DNA from: Neophaeotheca triangularis
Lineage: Eukaryota
Assembly: GCA_054600435.1 (NCBI GenBank)
Contig: BAAIJX010000042.1
Span: forward strand, 62,001-126,000
DNA: 64,000 bases
Reading direction: 5' to 3'
The position numbers and the translations under genes are program-made. Positions 1 through 9,946 of this stretch are shown piece after piece. Position 1 is the stretch's first letter, and each line of letters begins with the position of its first letter. The notes under the pieces are model-generated. The model ran no database searches, was not told the origin of the DNA, and saw nothing but the letters and a program-made list of their open reading frames with translations.

Positions 1-340
1 TGAGCTGATGTTTGTATAGGAAAATAAAGTTAACCAAGCTTTTAAGCATAACTTCCTGGCTACTCGTTAGCATTCTTAGCTTCAAATTCTTTTCCAACCA
101 ATTATTTGCACGGCATAGAATGAGGATAAAAAATGGAACACTATCGATACTTGTTTGGAGAAGATGGACTTGGAATGCATACTGGTAAAAAAATGAGCGT
201 CAGATCGGGCCTTTGCAGCCTTCCCTCAAGGGACTGGCATCAACCGGGGACCGCCTAGCGAGGAGATGTTGATTGATCATAGCAAGCTGCCAGCAGCTTT
301 GCCCTCATCTGCCATATTGAGGCACTACACTACGTCTATC

Positions 341-610
341 TCATGGACGCGTATTCCACGCTTTCGTCAACGCTAGGTGGTCCTGATGCTCCTGCCAGTG
401 CCTGATGGCCTCCGCCTCAGACATGCCAGGAGGTAGATGCTGATTGTGCTTCACCTTGTTCGGCCCGGAGATCTTACTGTCGTTGGATCGGCGAGGGTCT
501 GATGCCTTTGCGGAAGCCTGACTTTTCGAGCTCGTAGCTTTCGGGATCAAAGGTTGAGTATCGAGGGGCTTGTTCTGGGTGCCCTGCTTAGCCTTGAATT
601 TTCCGAACAT
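341..610 (-). CDS. Small basic hypothetical protein (89 aa, MFGKFKAKQG...TKAWNTRP)
   Basis: ATG at 610 is preceded by a C/A-rich leader (caactcaacacactccatcgaaaatcATG) like the leaders of clear genes in this window; open to TGA at 341. No recognisable domain. Confidence 0.45.
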   Translation of the reverse strand: MFGKFKAKQGTQNKPLDTQPLIPKATSSKSQASAKASDPRRSNDSKISGPNKVKHNQHLPPGMSEAEAIRHWQEHQDHLALTKAWNTRP

Positions 611-1382
611 GATTTTCGATGGAGTGTGTTGAGTTGTGTTTTGGGATAGACGTACTGAAGTGGAAGAAGTTACTTGTTGAATGCGCGGTCGATATCGCTT
701 GATTGAATGGTATGAGGCTTCGAAGATGCAGATGTTGTGGTTTCTGGTCGAAGGAAAGGGCCCAAGCGGTTGGAAGTATAGAGATATACCATGCCAACAA
801 TGGGCCTTTGAGCACAACTTTACGAGCACAATGAAAGTACGTGATCTCAAAATAGTCATTGTGCTCCAACAAAGAATGTCCGCGTGTTTCTTTGACGCAA
901 TCTTGGGATGGATCATGAATTAAATCATCAGCCCCAACCATTCGGTCAAGGCCGTAGACTCTTCAAGAGTACTTCAGGCACTGGGTAAGTAAGATGACAA
1001 GACATTTGGGGAGACATGGTGGAATAGCGTCAACAATGCCGTCTCGAATTCCTGTTCCAGATACCTGATCTGACAGGAAAGAGAAAAGAGATACATGGAG
1101 TGAGGGACGATGGAACAATGAGATGGGAGAAGAGAGATGGAGGGAATGGAAAGTAGATATCGAGGCCGCCAGGGCCACATTACATTTCAATCGGGGTCAC
1201 GGATGATGCCCAGTATCATCTGGTTCCCAAAACAACGCCAATGTCTCCGAGAATCAAGTATCGCCCGCTCCGCTTTAAAGCCGCAACTTCTTGCATGACC
1301 GGGACAAAAGAAAGACATACAACTTACCTCTCATCAACGACCTACCTCGTCAGCCCAGTCTCTAACATGGTAGCAACAAACT

Positions 1383-2468
1383 TCAGACAGCCGCACTCCT
1401 CAAAGGGTGCGGATGCCCCTTATCATTCTCCCTCAAACTCGCAGCCCTGTGCCTCTTGACCGGCGTTCCCTTACCAGCGGTCGCGACCCAGCTTTCAGCA
1501 GAGACGGGTGTCTTGCGGGTGTCTCGGACAGCTGCAGCGAGCTCAGGGGCGCCGTCAACGATATCACGGACCGGTGCATCATCAATTCCAGTACCAAGGT
1601 AGACTTGCGCGGGAGCGGAGATGATGGGGCGAGTGGGCGTTTTGCGGCAGTGGAAGACCTTGCTAGTCATCTTACTTAGGAAGGGTGTTCGGGGAGACTT
1701 GGGGGATTTGTTTGCTGGCGGGGACGGGGCTAGGGGCAGAGGTGTGAGGGTTTTGGTGCTTGGCTCGAAAACTAGGGTCTCGAGACCTGAGACTTCGGTT
1801 ACGGGGCGAGGTCTGGGTCCGCGGGTCCTCTTAGGCAGAATTGGAGGGACTGGGCTATCAAGCTCCAGTGGAGACGGCGGAGGAGAGGGATACATGGGTT
1901 TCAAGATTGCTAGCGGTGCTGGTGGCGATGAGAGAGAGTGTGTCGTAGCATTGCGCGAAGGGTCCGTAGAAGCTGATGGCGAAGTAGTTCCTGCACAGGT
2001 GCTCATTACCAGCCTGCTGGAAGCGGTGGACGGGGAATTTGAGGGGCTAGAACCAGGGCTCTTGTTGTGGACAGCCTTCGCTTTGCCCTTCATCATCGGC
2101 ATCGATCGGGCTCTGGACAGGTTAATGAGATCGACGGGTTTGAAACCAGGTGCCGTGCCAGGTTTCCTCAACGTGATCAAGTTAGCAAAACCTTCGTGGA
2201 TGGAGACATCGTCATATTCGTGGTCGTCGTGTGAAGCGCCTTTGACTGTGTTGCCGAAGAGAACGTCTGAGGCTGCTTTGGCCTCGAGGCTTGAGGGAAG
2301 CGCTGGTACGTCTGGGATCGGTTCCGAAGAGCTTCTGGTCACGATGTCAGAACGGCGTTTGTTGAGTTTTGAAGAAAGAGAGGTCAAGCGAGCAGACTCT
2401 TTGCGGGTCTTCGAGCTAAACCTAAGGTTTTCGGGCGTCACCGTCTCCTGGGGAGTAGTGTCCTGCAT
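1383..2468 (-). CDS. Hypothetical Ser/Pro-rich, probably disordered protein (361 aa)
   Basis: Intronless ORF with a good start context (cagcacaccATG) and C/A-rich leader; low-complexity S/P/T composition; no catalytic motif recognised. Confidence 0.65.
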   Translation of the reverse strand: MQDTTPQETVTPENLRFSSKTRKESARLTSLSSKLNKRRSDIVTRSSSEPIPDVPALPSSLEAKAASDVLFGNTVKGASHDDHEYDDVSIHEGFANLITLRKPGTAPGFKPVDLINLSRARSMPMMKGKAKAVHNKSPGSSPSNSPSTASSRLVMSTCAGTTSPSASTDPSRNATTHSLSSPPAPLAILKPMYPSPPPSPLELDSPVPPILPKRTRGPRPRPVTEVSGLETLVFEPSTKTLTPLPLAPSPPANKSPKSPRTPFLSKMTSKVFHCRKTPTRPIISAPAQVYLGTGIDDAPVRDIVDGAPELAAAVRDTRKTPVSAESWVATAGKGTPVKRHRAASLRENDKGHPHPLRSAAV

Positions 2469-3010
2469 GGTGTGCTGGTGTGGGGATGTGTGCTGTTGAA
2501 TATAAGACCTGAACTGGATTAGATCGACACTCTGATGATAGCGGAAGTTTGTTGTAAAGAACGAGATCTCCGGACAGCCAGTGTCTGCGGATCGTGAGTT
2601 GTAGAAAAGAGGCTTTGTGAGTGCAATGGAGAACCCCGAATCCAGATCAACGCAACGGCGACACTATATGGGAGAACCTGTCGCCATTGTTCGCACGGCA
2701 GATTGACTAACATCTTTGTTCAGGTGGTGTAAAAGAACAATGTGGTCTTTGTGCACAGTCTTTGTCCCGATTATATGCTATGCCTGCCATTGTCAACTGT
2801 CACCGAAACAACTTTCGGTGCCAAAACGACGGATGGGCGTGGACTGTAGGTGAATCCACAAGTGACCGGAGTGGACCAGTCGTGAAAAACCTGCGATGTG
2901 CAGGCCTGACCCTGAAGCCACCTACAAACCTCAAGTATACGCACGAAGCGAGCGCCGGCCCCCAGATTCAAAGACCATTTTCAATTCAGCAAACTCCCAC
3001 ATTATCTATT

Positions 3011-4937
3011 CTAAGCGTCGGATCCGTCCGAGAATACCACATCATCCGCGGGAAGGGCAAACTTCCTCAGATCATTCTTCAGCAACGCATCAAGTCTCAA
3101 GCCGCCCTCCTCGATACTGACGCCAGTACCCGCTTGATCCTTGTTGAAGGCAGGATCCTGGACGTAGGTAAGAATCTCAGCGTAGAGATCATCGGCTCGT
3201 GGCCGCTCATTTGGGTTGGCATCCAGGCATTTGAGAACCAGAGACTTGAGCGCCTGGGAATATTTGGAGTGGGCCCAGGGCTGGAAAACGGGATATCCTG
3301 CCGGGTCTTGCAGCTCGTTTGGGAAAGGGTCGTTCAATCGGTACCGGAAACCCAAGTCAAATGGGGGAAACCTCTTAGTCCCGACGAGCGGGTTATCGAG
3401 GTTCATGAGGCCCATGATGGTGATGCCAATGCCCCAGATGTCGCTATAAGACTCGAGTCGATGGCCTTCGGGGCTTGCTGTGTCGATTGTAGGGTACATG
3501 TGCTCCTCGGGAGCACACCAGTCTGGCGTGCCCAATGGCGTCAAGGCGGTGGGATTAGCCGCCCCCTCAAGAAATTTGTCAACAATGTCCGCTGCATGTC
3601 CGAAATCGGCAAGCTACAGAGATCAGTGTGTTTCTTAGTGTCGTTTCGACGAAGATGACATACCTCGACGTTCGGGCAGTTCGGATACTTGCTGTCACTG
3701 CGAGGGACTGACAAGCACACTAGATCAAAGTCAATGTCAGCACATCTCTAGTCATCTCATTGGGAAAGAAAGCCAATGCCATGTGACACGTACCGTTTTC
3801 AGGCTTAATATCCAAGTGGGCGAGATGGCGATCCCAGCCGTCTCCCCATCCTGGCTTTCTGCCATGCCTCAAGACACATGCTGCAGTTACTAGTCCTTGA
3901 AACGCCGACCAGATGAAGTTCTCCGGTATCATTGCTGCCATCTGCTCCCCTGAAGGCTTTTTCAATCCTGCAGGGTCAGCCGCTCGTCCAAGTTGTTCAT
4001 GGTTTCTTATCAAGTCGTCCAGGTTCCCGTAAGGGCAAAAGGATAGATAAATCTTGAAGAACAGGTCGGTGTCAGCTTCTCCGTCGAGGCGATCTGTTTG
4101 CGTCCAGTTCCTGAAAGCAACGATGTTGTTGCGGCCTCGATGTCGCCTGGACGCCATACTGTGATGCCAAGCTTCCGCTAGACGCTTGCGGCCCACAGCA
4201 TCACCACCTTGCCATGTCGCTCCCAGTGGAGCTGCACCCGGACCAACCTTTTTCCTCTTGACAGCAAGACGATCCGTGATACGGCCGTTTTCATCCTTCC
4301 TAATGTACACGTATACACTTCCTTCGTTGCCTTCGCCAACCCAGTTGTCGCCAGTCCGCGGCCACTTTTTCATGCCGCTTAGTTCCTCCTTATCTGCAGT
4401 TGCTTTATCGAAAGACACCAGCATGTCGTCGTACGATGGCGGTGCCTCCAGATTGTAAGGAGCCTCGCGCCGAATTTCCTGCAATGCCGCCTGGCAAGTG
4501 TTGACCAGGGCACGCTCTTCTTCGATCAAGGAGATTTCACGGGCTGCTGATTGACCGGAACTCTGTAAGCCTTTCGGCGGGAAAGTCTTGTCAAGTTTCT
4601 CGAGTTGGTCAACCAGTGTTTGCCACGCATCTTGGTTTTGTTGAAATCTATTCGTGACATCGCTCAAGGCACGCCATTCAGCGATGGGCGTGGGATGTAA
4701 GTTTCGCCGGGTTTCCTGATCTGCCAAAGTAGCAAGGTCTTCGTAGTCCTGCAAGTTCCTGATAGAATCATCGACAGCCCTTCGCGCAGGATCATCCAAG
4801 GAGCTGAACTCGACCCTGAGCCTGGCGTCACGCTTCTGGGTTGAGATCCTTTTGGTTTTGTCGTTCGAGCGACGTTCGGCCAGCGCTCTCCCCCATGTTC
4901 GGTATCTCAGGTAGGCTGGATCTTTGGCGTTCGGCAT
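3011..4937 (-). CDS. Fungal Ser/Thr protein kinase, non-RD type, with helical N-terminal domain (paralogue 1, ~600 aa)
   Basis: Exons 4937-3794, 3719-3664, 3613-3011 joined by GT-AG introns. Motifs GEGNEG, LAVK, HLDIKPEN, LADFG, CAPE, SDIWGIG. Spliced length 1803 nt is in frame. Confidence 0.88.
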
Positions 4938-5326
4938 GCTGGGCCACGGGTGAGAGTTGGTGATTGCAACAGGGATAGATGTGATGGGCGTAGCAGCAGG
5001 CGAATCCGTATGGTTAAATCGCCTCCATTGTTCGGCGGAGCGACCTGGTCTTTCTTTGTGCAAGCCCGCATCCGGCCGTTTGCACGAACCGTCATGTCGA
5101 CAAAGATACATTCCAGGTATCATCGCTATTCGGAATAGATGCCCGATCGAAGCCGATAACCAGTCAAGAACCAACTTGTGAATATATCTATCACCAGATA
5201 ACACATGCCAAGACCAAAGTCTTAGCGTGTCTGACTTTCAGCATAGTAGCGGACCTGGCCGCGATTGCTTTGTATCAGTCTTCAGCACGGTGATAATTTC
5301 GAATAGTGTCCCTTCCCTGAAGCCTG

Positions 5327-7547
5327 TCAATCTTCTGCATCAGAAGCATCTTCGTCGACATCCATGCCATCGTAGTCCATGTCTTCTGAATCCTCCTCGT
5401 CACCTACCTCCTCGTCACCTTCTTCTCCCTCCTCGTCCTCTTCTACACCCTCATCAACGTCCATGGCCAAAAAATCCTCCTCAGCCAAGTCACCCTCATC
5501 CCCACCCTCAGCCAACTCTCCCAGAACCAACTCCTCATCCCAAATGGACCCGTCAACAAACTTGTTGTCTTGCCGATGCAACAAAGTCTCACCAGGCCCA
5601 CGTCCACCCTGCTCAATACTGAAACCCGGCATGGCAAGGTTCATTGCCTCATCCCGCACATGCGCTTGAATTTCCTCAAAAAGCTCATCGACGCGCGGCC
5701 GTGCTCTCGGATCGCCCTCAACGCACTTCAGCACCAGGACTCGGAGTTGCGGGCTGTATTTCGCTACGGCCAGGGGGGAGAATCCCAGCGGTGGATCGGT
5801 GCTTGCCAGCTCGAAGTCAGCCGGTTCCGGCCCGGTAGGATCGTCCGCTTGTACACGGTACGAGAAGCCTTCTTCGGGTGGGAAGGTGACAGGGGCAACG
5901 TAGATCCCGTCGCCTCGAGTGATGCAGTTCATCATGCTCATGATGGTCAGCCCTATGGCCCAAACGTCTGCCGAGGACTTGAGTTGCGCCGAGCCGTTCG
6001 GAACTTCGCTGCAGTATTCGTATGGCATCTGGTCGCCGGCGGCGTCCCGGTACGTGCGCTGCTCGGGGGCTTGCCAGTGGAGGCTGCCCGGTCCAATGAT
6101 GTCGAAATCTTCGGTGATCCAGTCTTCGGTTAGGTTGATCGCTAGACCGAAATCGGCGACCTGTGAGAGAGGATCGTTAGTCTACAATTGTTGGCAGTAG
6201 GTAGAGGGCTTGCGTACTTGAACATTAGCGTAGCCTGGAAACCTCCCGTCTCTGCGCGGGCCATCGAGCAAGACTATCGGATATGTTAGCAACGTCGGCA
6301 TGATGGTTTTTGAGTCGGTACTCACAATTGTCCGGTTTAAGGTCGAGATGTACCACTCGCTGCTCCCAGCTTTCACCCCAACCGGGATGTCGGCCATGCC
6401 TCATGATGCACGCAGCAGCGGTCATAGCTTGAAGAGAAGACCAGATGAAGTTTTCCGGGATCATTGCTTCAAGGATTTCTTCGTCCTTCGCACCCGAAAG
6501 CCTGCCCACCAGCTCCACGTGGGCATCGATCAAATCAGCCAGAGAGCCATGCGGACAAAAGCCCATGAATATTTTGACACTAGTATATTCGCGGGTCACT
6601 TCGTCCTCGGTCCTTTCGAAATCAGTAGTAGACCAGCCCCGGAAAGGTACTATGTTGTTGTTGTCGGGGTGGCATTGGCCTGTCAGGTAATGGAGCCAAG
6701 GTTCAGCCGGACGTTCATTGTTGACGGTGTCTCCGTTTTGCCAGAATCGGGGATCTGTCATCTCTTCGACACTATACTCAGAGTCCTTGAGGACAAGTCG
6801 ATCAACCAAATTGCCATTCGAATCGCTGCGCACGATCAGGTAAGCCGTGCCGTAACCGCCTTGTCCGAGCTTACTCGCGTCCATGCTTCCTTGCCAATAG
6901 TCTAATCCAGTAAGAGACAATGGCGTCCGGGGTGAGTCGAAGTCTGCTTCCAATTGATCGACCAATGGCAAGCCCTCGTCCGGTCTATCCCTGGGAGCAT
7001 CACGCTGCAAGACCTGCAGGATATCGAGACAAAGGTCGCCATTGAAACGCTTCGAGGCGACGATGTCGCGCTCGAGGTTTGCTAGATCTGCAGAACCCTG
7101 TAGTCCATCCGGGGGCACTTCCGCATCGATGGGGTTCAGGACATTGACAAACTCTTGCCAGACTCTCTGGCGCAATGGAAAACTTCTTGCACTGCCGGAG
7201 ATGGCGGTTAAAGCTTCCCACTCCTCGAGCGGAGTAGGGTACAGTAGTCGTCTTTCAGCGGTATTTGCCAACGCGGCGACATTATCTGGCAAATCGGGAA
7301 GACCTGCGTTCACCAGCCCCGATAAGTCCACGTTGTTAGGCAAAGGATCCGGAAGAATTCCTAAAGTGGTGAGAAGGGTGAGGATCTTCGTTCGCTCAGT
7401 GGGATTGAGAGCCGCCCACTCGTCTCTGAGTCTGTCGTCACGCTCCTTGCCTGATATGCCAGCGGCCTGATCTTCAGAGCGACGTTTGGCTAGTGCCCGA
7501 CCCCACGTCCGGTATCTGAGGAAATTGAGGTCTTTGGTATCGGACAT
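5327..7547 (-). CDS. Fungal Ser/Thr protein kinase, non-RD type, with helical N-terminal domain and acidic tail (paralogue 2, ~703 aa)
   Basis: Exons 7547-6326, 6273-6218, 6160-5327. Motifs GQGGYG, LVLK, HLDLKPDN, VADFG, QAPE, ADVWAIG; D/E-rich C-terminus. Same intron positions as paralogue 1. Confidence 0.9.
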
Positions 7548-8631
7548 GCTGGGCTGGCTTGTTCGTCCTATGGGTTCCGAGTCGAAAAGTGCTGGATTGC
7601 GTTATTCGAACAGTGATATGTGAGCACGACCAGTCTACTCTGACATGCCCAACAGCGCATTCGACATGCTGCATTGTCTTCATTGTTTCGAGGATCTAGA
7701 TTGGCTTTGTCAATCCGCTTCCGGTCATTAGGTGGTGTAGTCCGGACAAAGGTCGAGCGCCGAATCCGTGCCATAGTAGACCGCAGAGCGAGATAAGCGA
7801 TATTGGACACCGCGTGTTAGCCGCCAATCGCGAGACGACGGTCAAAAAATCTTTTCTGGTTCGGTCTTATCGCTCGACTTGAGAATCTCCCCTTGCCCCT
7901 GGTCTCGTGAGTTCGCCATCGTCCTCGCACCTCCGAGAGAAGAAGAACTGGGCGAGGCCTTTATACTCGAGCCTCAAGTCCCATGGCCTTCCTGATGCTC
8001 AGCTAACCCTTTGTGTGCCCTGAGGGTCCCATCGCCTCAAAAGCGCAATCCTAGCATTTTCCCACCTACAATTGCGTTTCTAACGTCGCGATCGTATTGG
8101 AAATGCACCGCCAGGCTCCATCATCCACGCCCTGCGCTACTCCTCCCGCTTCTCGCCCACCCGGTCCCTCAATCAGCAATGCAGTAACTCAGCAAACAAA
8201 TAGACGCCACCGCCTCGGACAAGAGAAACACCACCTACCGCAAAACAGGGCAGACTACCAACCGCCACAACGTGAAAGCCGAGAACCCACCATCGCCATC
8301 CCAATAGCAACAGGAAGTCTTTCCAGACACCCAAAATGAACACCGGCCAAGAGACAGTGGTGCGGTACCACGTAGGTACAGCCAATCCTCCTCTGTCCGG
8401 TCTCAATTCCAACTGTGCCATGACGTCCGTACGAGCAAGATCTGGCACGAGAAAGAGCGACTACTGTGGACTCGCGTAAGCGGGTGTTTGTATACCACCT
8501 GCAAGCATCGAGCGCGGTGAAGACCAACGAAGCAGAAGAGCTCGCCAAGCGGAGGCTACCGGTGACCCGACCATTCTTAATTGTCAACGGACCAGTTCCA
8601 CAACGGGCGCTAGTGCACAGACAAAAAAACC

Positions 8632-9246
8632 GTCACCGGACCGGTCTGATGACGAAAGTCGATAGGTCCGTTGCATTTATCTTCCGTAAAATATCTCCTA
8701 AGTTTTTTTTGTAGTATCTATATACGCGAGGGCTTCTAAACTAGTTCCTATACTAGATTCTATACTAGATACTATACCCTATTGAATTTAAAATCTAGTT
8801 AGTAAACTAGTTCTAAAACTAGTTTAAAATTACACGCTACTCCTAAGACGAGATACTAACACTATTGATAGCTAAACTAGTTTTTAAACTAGTTTTAAAA
8901 CTAGTTTTTTTAAGTAACTACTACTAGTGATTACGTAGTATTATTATACTAGGTAAACGCCTAGTACAGCTTTTCTAATATAGTAAAGGTAGGTAGGTAG
9001 GTAGTAGTAGTAGAGGAAGTAATTAGAAATCTAGTTTAAAACTAGTTTTGAAACTAGTTAGAACATGAAAACTAGTTATAAAACTAGTTTTTAAACTAGT
9101 TACTAATATATCTAACTTATCTAGTATAGGAACTGGTATAGGAACTAGTATAGCAAATAAGGCTTATATCTAGTATGGGAACTAGTCTAGGAAGTAATCT
9201 TACCTTTTAAGTAGTAAAAAAGAAGTCAACGGACCGGTCCGGTGAC
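8632..9246. mobile_element. Non-coding AT-rich fold-back (MITE-like) element with terminal inverted repeats and RIP-like composition
   Basis: GTCACCGGACCGGTCTGATGAC (8632-8653) matches the reverse complement of 9225-9246 at 20/22. The interior is very AT- and TpA-rich with 14 exact ACTAGT sites and internal inverted symmetry. No ORF and no clear target-site duplication. Confidence 0.65.
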
Positions 9247-9946
9247 AAAAGTGGGGTGGTGTGATGGATTTTTGCCAAGCCTTGGCAAACCTGGGGTATG
9301 GTCCGCTGACACTTTAGTTTGGTCACTTCAACTTCGGCCACCGCCAAGCGAGGATGCTGCCGGACAAAGCAACAGCGCTAAGGCGAGCCATCCCCCCACT
9401 AGCGCGATCTTTGTTCAGCCAATTAGAGACCGCAAACGGAAGTGGAAAACTCGGGCCCCGAGAGTGAATTGTGTAGTTTTGATTTTGGAACTGGGAAATC
9501 GTGATGATGGCTGGAGATAAAAGATTACTTTGAGGAGAATTTGCGGAAAAGGGGAGCGCGCGAAGAATGCGAGACGTAGGTTTATACGGCTGGCTTGTCA
9601 AGCTTTACCTCTGGCGCCCTTTCTTTCGAATCTTTTTTGATACGATTCATTGCTAGTCTACATTGCCATCAACCACGACCACGAGACCCGTTCGTGACGC
9701 CCAAAACACTGTTCCTTTACACGCAAACACCGGAGCAATGCATTCGTTCCCAGTGCCAAGTCCTTCTTCGCAACATCAGTTTCCCCCACCCGCATCTGTG
9801 TAGGTAGGTATCGCTGAAGCCGGACTCCATGACCTTTATGAAACAAATAAAACCCATGCAGACGGTGCCCAGCACTTGCGCGGGGCCCGAAAGAGAAACG
9901 CCTCTCGTCATCAAACCCAACAAGCTCCCACGGAGAAGTGAAATGA

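Noticed and set aside
4938..5204. Upstream extension of kinase 1 shown in the ORF track
   Set aside because: Similarity to paralogue 2, including the CCCAGCATG context, begins at ATG 4937.
8003..8010. CTAACCCT as a telomerase RNA template or telomeric seed
   Set aside because: Only 8 nt, no tandem TTAGGG array and no recognisable pseudoknot or P6.1 element.
8700..9200. CRISPR-like reading of the periodic ACTAGT repeats
   Set aside because: Eukaryotic context, 12-bp period with no unique spacers and no cas genes.
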